Position numbers and translations under genes: made by a program. Of a stretch of 64,000 nt of DNA, positions 49,070-59,937 are shown one piece after another (position 1 is the stretch's first letter; the number at the start of each line of letters is the position of its first letter). The DNA is from Nitrospirota bacterium. GTDB taxonomy: Bacteria; Nitrospirota; UBA9217. The notes under the pieces are model-generated. The model made no database searches and had not been told where the DNA came from. It saw only the letters and a list, made by a program, of their open reading frames with translations. The stretch spans positions 832,001 to 896,000 of the forward strand of contig CAWBNQ010000003.1 of the NCBI GenBank assembly GCA_963790205.1. Reading direction: 5' to 3'.

Positions 49070-52000
49070 ATGCGGGCTTTCTTTAGGGCTTTGAAGACTG
49101 TATCCGTCATTACCCTGGTTTTCTTTTCGTGGACCTATCTGCCCCTTTATCAGATTGCTGCATATGCGGCAACGGAAAAGCAGGTGGCGGCAAACAGTGG
49201 GTTGGAGCCAATAGAAAAGCAAAAAACTAAAAAATCTGAGGAGAAAATCGAAAAAGCGCTTACTGACATTCGGGAGAAAACAACGAAGGTAGGCGATAAA
49301 GCTGCGCGGGGCGAAGATACGTCTGCTGAGATAGACGCGATCAAATCTCAAAAAACTGAAATAGAAGCGATAGACAGCGACCTCAGAAAAAATTTTGCCG
49401 CAACAGAGCAAAAACTCAAAGCAGCGAACCTTCCGAAAGAAATCCTCAGCCGTCATTATAAATTCGTCAAGAACTACGAGGATAATCTTGTCCAACTCAG
49501 GGCTAATATCGATACCATTGAGCAGGCAAAAACGCCTTCTGCCTTAACAACCGCAATTGCCAAAACCAATAAGTATCTCGATAAAGTGAAACCCCCGAAA
49601 AAAAGAAAGCCATTTGATCCGAACAAGCTTCCGAATAGAGGGCACCAGATAAAGCACGCTGCGCTAGAAGAGAAAAAGCCTGAGGGAAAAAAGATAAACT
49701 CCATTTCACCTTTAAGAAAAAGCTCAGGACTTAATCCCATAATTGAGCAGAAAACGGCTCAAGCTCGCCGTCCGATACTCGTCGCGTCAAATGGGCCGTT
49801 GGATGGTCTACTTTCAACCTCGCAGACAGAGGATCTGTCTTCACACGAACAACTTGCCAATCTTACCACAGACAGCCTCATAATGAATTCCGTAATCGCG
49901 GCCACGCAGCCTGCATCAGCAGCGGACCTTGCGGAAACCCCGGAAATCCAATTTACGCCGGCGATAAAAGCAAAAGCCCAGGAACTTGAGAACAAGCCAC
50001 TGAAAATATACGAATGGGTCAGAAACAACATCGAATTCGTTCCCACCTACGGCTCCATCCAGGGGGCCGATATGTGCTTCCAGACAAAACAGTGCAATGA
50101 CATTGACACAGCCTCGCTTCTTATCGCGCTTTTACGCGCTTCAAACATCTCCGCTCGTTACGTCTACGGAACCATAGAGATTCCAATAGATAAGGCTAAA
50201 AACTGGGTAGGCGGAGCAACCGATCCGAATATGGTCGGGACAATCCTAGCCACAAACGGCATACCCGCAAAAACACTAATTTCCGGCGGAACAGTCACCG
50301 CCGTACAACTTGAGCACGTTTGGGTAAATGCTTGGATAAATTACATACCCTCTCGTGGTGCAGTACACCGACCTGGGCATGAAGACACATGGATTCCGCT
50401 CGATGCAAGCTTCAAACAGTACGACTATACGCAGGGTATCGACATCTCATCGGCCGTACCATTTGACACCAACACCTTCGTAAATCAGATCCAATCAACG
50501 GCAACGATCAACCAAACTGATGGTTCAGTCACAAACGTAAACTCCACCTATGTCCAGCAGACCATGCAGGACTATCAGACTCAAGTACAGAATTACATAC
50601 AGCAGAACTATCCGAACGCCACAGTCGGAGACGTGATCGGCAAGAAGGAAATCATTCAGAAGAACTATCCAATTCTTGTTGGCACGCTTCCGTATAAAAC
50701 CATTCAGGTCAGCTCAGAATTTGCCCAAGTACCCGATAATCTGCGATACAAAGTAACTTTTGAAATCCGGGACTCAAACGCTACTGGGACTTCCCTTTCT
50801 TATACAATCGGCATCTCGGAATTAGATGGCAAAAGGGTTACTCTCTCCTATACGCCAGCCACTGCAAACGATGCCCAAGTTATAGACTCCTATAATGGGA
50901 TTTTTAATGTCCCCGCATATTTGGTTAACATGAAACCCCAGATAAAAATTGATGGAGTTGTAGCTGCGACCGGGAACCCAATCGGACTTGGAAACGATCA
51001 AACATTCAATATGCAATTTGTCAGTCCTGCTTACGGAACTGAAAGTGTATCAAATATTGTAACAGCAGGAGCGTATTATGGAATAGGAATCAATCCAAAC
51101 AAAGTGCCGCAAGAATTATTGGCTCAGAGAAAAACGAATCTGGAATCGGTCAAAGATACGACCTGTGTTAATAGCCCGTATGCTGATGAGTGCAGCGGTG
51201 AGTTACTTTATGCTACAGCGATGGGATACTTTTTTGTGGTCAATGGATTTGATGATATATTTGCACAGTCAAATGGCATAATCAAGATGAAAGACGTGTC
51301 AGAAGCCATCGTGTCAGATGGTGTAAGTGCGTCCAATTTATTTGGCATTCCCACGGGGATTACTGAGACCGGTTTGATGATTGATGTCGATAGAAATATA
51401 TATGTTGCTTTTCCCAAAGATGGTAATCAATCGAGGGTCCGTCAGTTCATGATGTCTGCTGGTCAGATGAGTTCTGCCATGGAGCATGGTATATTTGAAT
51501 CCATGTATCAGGAAAAAGGCGTTTCTACAGTACAAGTCTTGAAGCTTGCGAATGACCAAGGGATACCCATATATACCATTACCCAAAACAATATCTCCTC
51601 CATTTTACCTGCGTTACAGATTTCAGACGAAGTAATAAACGATATTCAAAATGCAGTCAATGCAGGCAAGACTGTTATTGTCCCGAAGCAAAATATCACA
51701 TACTACAATTGGACAGGCACCGGCTATGTCGTAATGGATTCACAAACGGGAGCGGGTGCTTATATGATTAGTACAAGCTTGGCAGGGGGAGGTTGTTGCA
51801 TTGCCGCTGGAGGATTGCCTGTTGGATGTACAATCATAGATCTCGAGCATAAAATGACTCCACTGTATTTTCTCGCCGTGATTGGAACCGCAATCGGGAC
51901 TGTGAGTATGTTGGTATGGGGCCTAGGGGCTTTGGTTAGTGCCGGATTATTTTTAGCTTTTGCCGTACTTGCTCCCATTGTACTGCTGATCGCTATTTTG

Positions 52001-52252
52001 GCGGCATTCATTATAGCTGCCATGGTTATGGCATTGATTGGCTATTATAGTAATCAAGCGGCCATCTTCCCAAGTAAAAGGAGAAAAAATGAAATTAGAA
52101 ATCAATTTGCACTTTGTCCTAATTATATTTTTGATAATGGTATGGCTTGGCGTAATATATATAAAAGCAGTGGTTCGTCAATTGAAAAAGCAGATAAACG
52201 CGGCAACCGATATAGAATATATAGGCAAATCACGGTGCGAATCTGCGGCTAA
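49070..52252 (+). CDS. Large exported protein with a transglutaminase-like domain and hydrophobic C-terminal tip (putative polymorphic toxin)
   Basis: Signal-like N-terminus; coiled region; IYEWVRNNIEF..YGS, CNDIDTASLLIALLRA...ARYVYG, HVWV and WIPLDAS; SD GGAGA; candidate promoter TTGACA-17-TAGAAA at 48994-49022. Confidence 0.8.
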   Translation: MRAFFRALKTVSVITLVFFSWTYLPLYQIAAYAATEKQVAANSGLEPIEKQKTKKSEEKIEKALTDIREKTTKVGDKAARGEDTSAEIDAIKSQKTEIEAIDSDLRKNFAATEQKLKAANLPKEILSRHYKFVKNYEDNLVQLRANIDTIEQAKTPSALTTAIAKTNKYLDKVKPPKKRKPFDPNKLPNRGHQIKHAALEEKKPEGKKINSISPLRKSSGLNPIIEQKTAQARRPILVASNGPLDGLLSTSQTEDLSSHEQLANLTTDSLIMNSVIAATQPASAADLAETPEIQFTPAIKAKAQELENKPLKIYEWVRNNIEFVPTYGSIQGADMCFQTKQCNDIDTASLLIALLRASNISARYVYGTIEIPIDKAKNWVGGATDPNMVGTILATNGIPAKTLISGGTVTAVQLEHVWVNAWINYIPSRGAVHRPGHEDTWIPLDASFKQYDYTQGIDISSAVPFDTNTFVNQIQSTATINQTDGSVTNVNSTYVQQTMQDYQTQVQNYIQQNYPNATVGDVIGKKEIIQKNYPILVGTLPYKTIQVSSEFAQVPDNLRYKVTFEIRDSNATGTSLSYTIGISELDGKRVTLSYTPATANDAQVIDSYNGIFNVPAYLVNMKPQIKIDGVVAATGNPIGLGNDQTFNMQFVSPAYGTESVSNIVTAGAYYGIGINPNKVPQELLAQRKTNLESVKDTTCVNSPYADECSGELLYATAMGYFFVVNGFDDIFAQSNGIIKMKDVSEAIVSDGVSASNLFGIPTGITETGLMIDVDRNIYVAFPKDGNQSRVRQFMMSAGQMSSAMEHGIFESMYQEKGVSTVQVLKLANDQGIPIYTITQNNISSILPALQISDEVINDIQNAVNAGKTVIVPKQNITYYNWTGTGYVVMDSQTGAGAYMISTSLAGGGCCIAAGGLPVGCTIIDLEHKMTPLYFLAVIGTAIGTVSMLVWGLGALVSAGLFLAFAVLAPIVLLIAILAAFIIAAMVMALIGYYSNQAAIFPSKRRKNEIRNQFALCPNYIFDNGMAWRNIYKSSGSSIEKADKRGNRYRIYRQITVRICG

Positions 52253-52529
52253 GAATTCCAATGTAATGGCTAAGTTTCACAAAATTGTCGTCGCAGTCAT
52301 GCTTATTTTGATTGTTGTTTTTGTTGGCGATGAACTGGGGCGAATATTTGTTTTTTTTAGAAACTCGTCCGCGATAGATGAACCTAGTATCTCGAAACTG
52401 TCAAGACTTATTAACGTTAGTTGGTTGTTAGGCTTACTGGCCTATGGCGGGTTTTGGTATATGGTTCGTATTGTACGTGACTACAGCGTTGATCTCGTGA
52501 AAAAATGCAAAGAATTACAACAGCGATAA
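52089..52529 (+). CDS. Hypothetical 3-TM membrane protein (candidate immunity protein)
   Basis: SD AGGAGA before ATG 52089; three hydrophobic segments; overlaps the upstream ORF tail by 164 nt. Confidence 0.65.
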   Translation: MKLEINLHFVLIIFLIMVWLGVIYIKAVVRQLKKQINAATDIEYIGKSRCESAAKNSNVMAKFHKIVVAVMLILIVVFVGDELGRIFVFFRNSSAIDEPSISKLSRLINVSWLLGLLAYGGFWYMVRIVRDYSVDLVKKCKELQQR

Positions 52530-52538
52530 GAGATATTC

Positions 52539-53225
52539 ATGGCTGTTCCTTATAATTTTTATACCGGGTTCAAATGTAAGACAACGTTCATGGCGGCCGG
52601 AACGGGTCTCTTGATGGGATATTTTGCGAGTATCTTTGTCCCGCTGCGGTCCCATCCTTTGGTCAGCTTCCTACCTGTGCCACTAGGTGGACTAGTGGCG
52701 ATGATTGCTAATCTGTGGGTTGTCAGAAGTTATATCAAGGGTAAAAAAAGAGGACTCTTTGAGTATGTTTACAGAGAGTCACATCTTGATCCCATACTAA
52801 AATCGAAAATTGCGAATGCCTGGCCGGGGGCGTTTAATGCAGTGGTTGAATTAGAGTCGCTGGCACTGTACAAAGCGCTGATGGCCCAAGCAGATCACCT
52901 GATCGACGACACACGTTTCCTGCTCTATATGGCTGCCGCGAGGGTTGCCTCAATTGGGAGCGAAGACAAAAATGCCATAGAAGCTCTCAAGCATGCTCTC
53001 ATGATTAAACCATATGATGTAATCGCAAATTTCAGACTTGCCAGATCATTCGAGCGAATCGATTCTGCTACGGAGGCGATAAAAGCATATGAAACTGCTC
53101 TTCTTGATCCAACTATCGATGCAGAAGAACTCAAGGCGTTTATTTCGGATCAGGTGCAGCGGGTAAGAGAAAAGGGGCCAGAACAGCGCTCGCCGATTCC
53201 CGGGCTTATATATCAATTAATGTAA
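52539..53225 (+). CDS. Hypothetical protein with two TM helices and TPR-like repeats
   Basis: N-terminal hydrophobic pair; AIEALKHALMIKP...LARSFE...EAIKAYETALLDP TPR-like pattern. Confidence 0.7.
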   Translation: MAVPYNFYTGFKCKTTFMAAGTGLLMGYFASIFVPLRSHPLVSFLPVPLGGLVAMIANLWVVRSYIKGKKRGLFEYVYRESHLDPILKSKIANAWPGAFNAVVELESLALYKALMAQADHLIDDTRFLLYMAAARVASIGSEDKNAIEALKHALMIKPYDVIANFRLARSFERIDSATEAIKAYETALLDPTIDAEELKAFISDQVQRVREKGPEQRSPIPGLIYQLM

Positions 53226-53255
53226 TTGTCGGACTTTAAGGAAGGAAATTGTGTG

Positions 53256-54578
53256 ATGAGATGTTTTGAGCATATTATTATTTCATTTCTACTCATATTG
53301 TTAGTTTATGCGAAGCCAGTGCCTGCCCAAGACCTCAAGGTCACCGAGAAGGTGCTGCCGAACGGGCTCAAGGTGCTGCTCAAGGAAGAGCACAAGGCCC
53401 CCGTGGTCACCTTCCAGGTATGGTACAAGGTCGGTTCGCGGAATGAAAAGCTCGGTACCACGGGGATGTCTCACCTCCTTGAGCACATGATGTTCAAAGG
53501 CACGAAGAAATACGGTCCCAAGACCTTTTCCCAGACCGTCATGCGGAACGGCGGGAACGATAACGCTTTTACGGGTAAGGATTACACGGCCTATTTTGAA
53601 ACGTTCGCGGCCGATCGTATTGCCATCTCGCTCGAGCTGGAGTCCGACCGCATGCAGAACCTGCTTCTTGATCCGAAGGAGTTCCGGTCCGAGCGGGAAG
53701 TGGTCAAGGAGGAACGCCGCATGAGGACGGACGACGACCCGACCGCGACCATGGTTGAACAGATGACTGCCGCGGCTTTTATCGCCCACCCCTATGAGTG
53801 GCCCGTGATCGGCTGGATGGCGGACATCAACAACATCACCCGCGACGATCTTTATAGTCATTACCGTCTGTATTATGCTCCGAACAACGCGACTATCGTT
53901 GTGGTCGGTGATTTCAATACACAGGCGCTGCTGCCGCAAATCGAAAAATACTTCGGCAGGATCCCACCAGGACCAAGGGTCCCCACAGTCGCGGCAATCG
54001 AGCCGAAACAGCTCGGCGAGCGCAGGATAATCGTCAAGAAACAGGCCGAGCTCCCGGCCGTTTTCGCCGGGTACCACACCCCTGACCTCAAACATCCCGA
54101 TTCCTACGCCCTTGAGGTCCTTCAAGGCGTCCTTTCATCGGGTAAGAGCTCTCGATTGTACAAGTCTCTCGTATACGAGAAACAGCTCGCGTCGTATGCC
54201 GGCGGAGATTACGATGACATCGCCAACGACCCGAACCTCTTCACCGTCTACGCCGGGGTGATGCCGGGCAAGACCGCCGACGAGGTGGAGAAGGCGCTGT
54301 ACGCGGAGCTTGAGAAGCTCAAATCAGCCCCCGTCACCGACGAAGAGCTGCAAAAAGCGAAGAACCAGATCGAGGCTTCCTTTATTATGGGGCAAGACTC
54401 CATATTTTACCAGGCCATGCTTCTGGGGCAGTACGAGACCGTTGCGAACTGGAGATTGCTCGAAAAATATGTGGACAACATCCGCGCGGTCACGAAGGAA
54501 GACGTCCAGCGGGTGGCAAAGGAATATTTCTCCGAGGACAACAGGACGGTGGGGATATTGGTCCCGATAAAACAATAA
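53256..54578 (+). CDS. Exported M16B peptidase, catalytic subunit
   Basis: Signal peptide; HLLEHMMFKGT; NAFT; EERRMR. Confidence 0.93.
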   Translation: MRCFEHIIISFLLILLVYAKPVPAQDLKVTEKVLPNGLKVLLKEEHKAPVVTFQVWYKVGSRNEKLGTTGMSHLLEHMMFKGTKKYGPKTFSQTVMRNGGNDNAFTGKDYTAYFETFAADRIAISLELESDRMQNLLLDPKEFRSEREVVKEERRMRTDDDPTATMVEQMTAAAFIAHPYEWPVIGWMADINNITRDDLYSHYRLYYAPNNATIVVVGDFNTQALLPQIEKYFGRIPPGPRVPTVAAIEPKQLGERRIIVKKQAELPAVFAGYHTPDLKHPDSYALEVLQGVLSSGKSSRLYKSLVYEKQLASYAGGDYDDIANDPNLFTVYAGVMPGKTADEVEKALYAELEKLKSAPVTDEELQKAKNQIEASFIMGQDSIFYQAMLLGQYETVANWRLLEKYVDNIRAVTKEDVQRVAKEYFSEDNRTVGILVPIKQ

Positions 54579-54661
54579 AGGTGAAAGGTACCCTGCTCTT
54601 GCTTGCGGCCGCGATAGGGCAACGGCAGGCCACGAAAGCACGGGCATAAACGGAGTGCGGA

Positions 54662-56008
54662 ATGCGAAATATACATCAAAGAAGAAAAGCCAGAACCTGT
54701 GTAATCATCCTTTTTGCCATGCTGATGTCGGCAACGGTATCGTTCGCCGCGGAGCCGCTCGGCAAGCGCATCCTGCTCGAGAACGGCATGGTCCTTCTGC
54801 TTTCCGAAAAGCACGACATCCCGATGGTAACGGTGAACATGGCGATCAAGGCGGGCAACACGGCGGTTCCGGGCGACAAACCAGGGCTCGCATCGATTAC
54901 CGCTTCGCTCCTCACGCAGGGGACAACAAGGCGCACGGCGAACCAGATCAGCCGCGAGATCGATTTCATCGGAGGATCGCTTTCGACCTCAGGCGGAGAT
55001 GACTTCGCCTCAGCGGGCCTGCGGGTTCTCAAAAAAGACATCCGTACCGGCCTGGACCTGCTCTCGGACGTGCTGCTGAATCCGGTTTTTGATCAGAAAG
55101 AAATAGACCGCAAAGTCAGGGAAACGCTTGCCGAAATCGAGCGGCAGAAAGAAGAGCCCGGCACGGTGGCCCAGGAAGCGTTCCAAAAGGCGGTATACGG
55201 CGGTCATGCCTACGGCATCAGTAGTGAGGAGGTCGCCGCCTATTTGCCGAAGCTGACGCGACCGGACGTCCTTGATTTTTACAAGGCGAGGTACAGCCCG
55301 AACAATACGATCATTGCCGTGGTCGGCGATGTGACCGAGAAAGAAATTGTTTCGCTTTTGAACGATTATTTCAAGGGCTGGAAACGGAACGATACGCCTC
55401 TGCCCGCCGCGGTGCAGCCTCCCGTCATGAATACGCTTGTTGTGAAGAAGATCGACAAAAACATCACCCAGGCGAACATCGACATGGGGCATATCGGCGT
55501 CAGCAGGGAAAACCCCGATTTTTATTCCATCATGGTCATGAACTATATCCTGGGCGGCGGCGGATTTTCCTCCCGGCTTATGGATAATATCCGGGATAAC
55601 AAAGGCCTGGCCTATGACGTGCGCAGCGGCTTTGCCGCAGAGAAAGAGACAGGCGCCTTCGAGGTGAGCATCCAGACCAAGAACGAGTCGGCGAATGAGG
55701 TTATTGCCGAAACCCTGAAGGAGCTGAAAAGGATGCAGGCCGAACTTGTCTCGGAAAAGGAACTTGCCGATGCCAAGGCATACCTGACCGGAAGTTTTCC
55801 TCTGAGAATGGATACTTCATCCAAGATAGCCGGCCTGCTTGCCTCCATCGAAATCTACAACCTTGGCCTCGACTATCCGCAAAAATATGCCAGCCTGATA
55901 AATTCCATTACCCGGGAAGATATTCAGCGCGTGGCGAAAAAGTATCTTCATCCCGACAAACTGGTGATCGTCGTAGTCGCGAACCAGGAGAAGGCGAAAC
56001 TGAAATAG
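54662..56008 (+). CDS. Exported M16B peptidase, non-catalytic partner subunit
   Basis: Signal peptide; no HxxEH; GGGGFSSRLMDNIRDNKGLAY (R/Y pair). Confidence 0.9.
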   Translation: MRNIHQRRKARTCVIILFAMLMSATVSFAAEPLGKRILLENGMVLLLSEKHDIPMVTVNMAIKAGNTAVPGDKPGLASITASLLTQGTTRRTANQISREIDFIGGSLSTSGGDDFASAGLRVLKKDIRTGLDLLSDVLLNPVFDQKEIDRKVRETLAEIERQKEEPGTVAQEAFQKAVYGGHAYGISSEEVAAYLPKLTRPDVLDFYKARYSPNNTIIAVVGDVTEKEIVSLLNDYFKGWKRNDTPLPAAVQPPVMNTLVVKKIDKNITQANIDMGHIGVSRENPDFYSIMVMNYILGGGGFSSRLMDNIRDNKGLAYDVRSGFAAEKETGAFEVSIQTKNESANEVIAETLKELKRMQAELVSEKELADAKAYLTGSFPLRMDTSSKIAGLLASIEIYNLGLDYPQKYASLINSITREDIQRVAKKYLHPDKLVIVVVANQEKAKLK

Positions 56009-56010
56009 TA

Positions 56011-57287
56011 ATGAATCTCCGTGGTGACCGAAGCGCCCTTGGGAAAGCGGACGTTGTGAAAATAAAGGCTTGGACTGCTATACTGCTGAGAAAGAAAGCG
56101 GGCGTTCCCGTTTTTTTCGTAGTCCTTTTGGGTCTGGTGTTGATCTCGGGATGCGCCCGTCCCCGGTCACTATCGGTGCTCGACGACGACGCCCTGAACC
56201 GTGAGCAGGGATTTGAGTCCGTTGTCTTCTGGCGTGTGAAGGTACTGGATAAGACCGGCACGATCACTTCGCGGCCGCGCTTCTTAATCTACCGGCCAGG
56301 ACCCTCGAAAGAGGGAGGACCGAACTTCGATAAGCCGATTCCGGAACATACCGGGGTGGACGGGGAGTGGACAAAACGGGACGTATTCCCGTGTTCGAGA
56401 GCATGGTTGCTGCCGCCTCAAAGCCGGAAACGTATCTGTTTAAAAACGCCACCTTTTTCCTCTATACCGATTATCTGCCGAACTACTTTACGGGACGCTA
56501 CGAGGAAAGAAGCGTGTTTTTCACGGTGCCGCTGAACAGGCTCTGCACCATACCATCCGGCAAACTGGTCTATCTCGGAGAGATTTTGATCGAATTCCTG
56601 AAAGAGGAAAAAGCCGGGTATTCCTATCGCGTAACCATTGTGCAGGATAGCGATAATTTCAACGATGCGGTGAAGCAATTTCGCGAGTCCTATCCCGGCC
56701 TGTTCAAGAGGTTCGACAGATCTGTCGAGCCGGTTTCCTGGAAGATCCTGCTCGTCGATAATTTTAACGCAAACGAGAACGCCTGGGCTGTCCCGTCGGG
56801 CGACAAGCACGTTTATGCCGGGTTCAGCAATGGGGAATATAGTATCCAGTCCAAAAATGATGAATGTCACTGGGCGGGAATTACTCCTTCATTTAACAGA
56901 CCCCACAATTTCGACATTGAACTCGTGAGCGCAGGCACATCGAAAGCAGATGTGCAAGGGTACGGGCTTGCTCTGGGGAACGACCGTGAAAATGCGTACA
57001 ATTTTCTTTTTACCGGAAGCGGGCAGGCAATAATCGAGCTTTATAAAAACGGGGACTCTCAGCCGTCGCTCGTGACCGGGAAAGAAGGGGCTGTCGAAAA
57101 ATCGTTTGATAGCCCGATCATTCGGCAGAAAATCGAAGCGCGCGGTGATATACTCCGGTATTATTTAAATGATCGTTTGATCGGAGAAATAAAGAATGAG
57201 CTCGACATGAAAGCGTGGTATCTCGGTCTCGCGGTATGCGGGAAACAAACGGTCGAGTTCGATCAGTTCAAACTGATCGAGCGCTGA
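56011..57287 (+). CDS. Hypothetical lipoprotein, frameshift near 56375; start uncertain
   Basis: Lipobox LISGC; the second frame carries GKLVYLGEI and a beta-rich C-terminal domain. Confidence 0.6.
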
Positions 57288-57347
57288 GAGCTCAAGAGCA
57301 GGATGCGTGTGCGGCATCTTATGCCGATCGCATGATAGAGTCCCTGT

Positions 57348-59156
57348 ATGAACCAGAAGATCAAAATACTTCCCGAGCACGTCATCAATAAGATAGCCGC
57401 CGGCGAAGTGGTGGAACGGCCGGCATCGGTTGTCAAGGAGTTGATCGAGAACTCGATTGACGCCGGCGCGACCCGGATCTTCATCGACATTGAACAGGCC
57501 GGCAGACGTTTCATCCGCCTTACGGACAACGGCGGCGGCATGTCGAAAGAAGACGCGCAGATTGCGTTTGAACGTCACGCAACAAGCAAAATAACGAGCG
57601 ATTCCGACCTCGAAGCCATCAAAACGATGGGATTTCGCGGAGAGGCGCTTTCAAGCATAGCCTCGGTCGCCCAGGTCCGGATGCTTACAGCCGAAGGGGA
57701 AGCGTCCTCGGGCACGATGGTCGAAATCGAGGGCGGCAGCGTCAAGACAGTGTCCGATGCGGCCGCTTCGCAGGGCACGTCCCTCGAAATAAGCCACCTG
57801 TTCTACAACACGCCCGCCCGGCTTAAGTTTTTGAAAAGCCCGGCAACCGAGTTTTCTCATATCCTGACCGCCGTATCGCGCCAGGCCATGGCCCATCCCT
57901 CCATCCGGTTCAAGCTCACGAACAACAAAAAAATAGTGCTCGATCTGCCGGCCTCGTCGAACGTGAAGGAGCGGGCGTTTCAGTTATACGGTGGAGAGAT
58001 CGCGGAAAACCTGGTCGGGTTTTCGGGCGGGAGAGATGCGATACGGATAGAGGGTCTTCTCGGCCGTCCCGGTTTTACCCGTGCGGACAAGACCTATCAG
58101 GATTTTTATGTAAACCGCCGCGCAGTGAAGAACCCTTCGCTCACTCATGCGCTTTATGCCGCGTACGGCGACATGCTTATGCGCGATCGCCATCCTGTCG
58201 GCTTCATCTTTATCGAGATCGATCCGTCCTTTGTGGATGTGAACGTGCATCCGGCCAAGACGGAAGTGCGTTTTCGAAACCAGTCACAGGTTCATGATCT
58301 CGTCCGGGACGTGATCAGGGAGAGTCTGCGTGCGCAGGGCCTGCCCGGACAAGGGAGGACGGTATCTGCACGATTTGATCCGGAAGGCGTAAGGGAGGCG
58401 CTCTCGGAGTATTTCCAGATGGAGCCGGCTGCAAGCAGTATAGCGGACTCAAGGAAATCCTCGATCCTGTTCGGCCGGCGAAAGAGCGACGTGAGGGCTC
58501 TTGACATGCAATTCGACGAAGAGAGACCTCAACAACAAGCCCCTTCTTCGAAGTCGGCTCCTCCTGTCATAACGCCCGCCGTTTTTTTATCGCCTCTTGC
58601 GCAGGTCCATGATTCCTTTATTATCACCCAGTCGCGGGACGGCATGGCGATCATCGATCAGCATGCGGCGCACGAACGCGTGCTTTTCGAGGAACTCCAG
58701 GACCAATTCGGGAGCGAGAACCTCGCCATCCAGCATCTTCTTATCCCGCAGCAGATTGAACTGGGCCCTGCTCAAAGCCATCTGCTTTCAGAATATTTGC
58801 CCGACATCAATAAACTCGGCATTGCCGTCGAGGACTTCGGCAACGGCACGTTCATGATCAAGGCCGTTCCGTCGCTTCTCGTCGGCGCGGATTATAAGAA
58901 ACTGCTCCTCGACATCCTCGATGAAATATTCGTCCACGGAAAGAGCAGAAAGATGGACGACATGCGCAACGAGGTCCTGAGCGTCATGGCCTGTCATCCG
59001 GCGGTCAAGGTCCATCGAAAACTGGATATGCGGGAAATGGAAAAATTGATCGAGGACCTTTTTAAATGCCGCATGCCGCACACCTGTCCTCACGGCAGGC
59101 CTACGGTGGTAAGGTTTTCAATAGAAGAGATAAAAAAAATGTTCAAGCGGGTATAG
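57348..59156 (+). CDS. mutL: DNA mismatch repair endonuclease MutL
   Basis: IAAGEVVERP, GFRGEAL, DVNVHPAK, DQHAAHER and CPHGRP motifs. Confidence 0.98.
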   Translation: MNQKIKILPEHVINKIAAGEVVERPASVVKELIENSIDAGATRIFIDIEQAGRRFIRLTDNGGGMSKEDAQIAFERHATSKITSDSDLEAIKTMGFRGEALSSIASVAQVRMLTAEGEASSGTMVEIEGGSVKTVSDAAASQGTSLEISHLFYNTPARLKFLKSPATEFSHILTAVSRQAMAHPSIRFKLTNNKKIVLDLPASSNVKERAFQLYGGEIAENLVGFSGGRDAIRIEGLLGRPGFTRADKTYQDFYVNRRAVKNPSLTHALYAAYGDMLMRDRHPVGFIFIEIDPSFVDVNVHPAKTEVRFRNQSQVHDLVRDVIRESLRAQGLPGQGRTVSARFDPEGVREALSEYFQMEPAASSIADSRKSSILFGRRKSDVRALDMQFDEERPQQQAPSSKSAPPVITPAVFLSPLAQVHDSFIITQSRDGMAIIDQHAAHERVLFEELQDQFGSENLAIQHLLIPQQIELGPAQSHLLSEYLPDINKLGIAVEDFGNGTFMIKAVPSLLVGADYKKLLLDILDEIFVHGKSRKMDDMRNEVLSVMACHPAVKVHRKLDMREMEKLIEDLFKCRMPHTCPHGRPTVVRFSIEEIKKMFKRV

Positions 59157-59193
59157 GATATTGAGACGTTACCTTGAAAAGTGAGAATGCTCT

Positions 59194-59927
59194 ATGGATT
59201 GGCTTCTTGACCCCCAAGCATGGATTGCGCTCCTGACGCTTACGGCACTGGAGATCGTTCTCGGTGTCGACAATATCATTTTTATTTCCATCCTTGTGGG
59301 AAAATTGCCGCAACGACAGCAGAGCAAGGCGCGAGTTCTGGGGCTTGGGCTCGCTATGCTCACCCGCATCGCCCTCCTGTTGGCCATTGTGTGGGTGATG
59401 AAGCTGACGGCGCCGCTCTTCAACGCTTTTTCTCGGGAAATTTCCGGCCGGGACATCATCCTGATCACCGGCGGCCTGTTTCTGCTCTGGAAAAGCACCA
59501 TTGAAATTCATGACAGCCTCGAAGGCGCGGCCGGAGAAAAAAAGGGAGGGTGGTCGCCGGGTTCGGCGCCGTCCTGGCGCAGATCGCGATCCTCGACATC
59601 GTTTTTTCGCTCGATTCAGTGATTACGGCCGTCGGATTGGCGAGTGAGGTCGCGGTGATGATCATCGCCATTGTTCTTGCCGTGATCGTGATGATGTTTT
59701 CAGCCGGGGCCATCGGCGCTTTCGTTGACAAGCATCCCGCCATCAAGATGCTCGCCCTGAGCTTTCTCGTCCTTATCGGAGTCACCCTGATCGCGGAGGG
59801 CTTCGGGCTCCATGTCCCGCAGGGCTACGTCTATTTCGCCATTGCATTCTCCGTTGCCGTAGAACTGCTGAACATGAAGGTCCGAAAGAATGCCCGCCCG
59901 GTGAAGCTCCACAAGTCAGTTGACTGA
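59194..59927 (+). CDS. TerC-family membrane protein, frameshift near 59545
   Basis: LEIVLGVDNIIFI, GGLFLLWK, DIVFSLDSVITAVG and GYVYFA motifs across two frames. Confidence 0.9.
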
Positions 59928-59937
59928 TTCCGGGGTA

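Noticed and set aside
816..59927. About ten split genes (cobS, cobC, thiG, thiC, probably the thiD end, PIN-PhoH, MASE3 kinase twice, four-helix bundle, lipoprotein, TerC) as programmed frameshifting or genome decay
   Set aside because: Each is a single-base indel in an otherwise intact gene, several in homopolymers, with no shared slippery motif and no accumulated stops. Long-read consensus error is the simplest explanation; raw reads would settle it.
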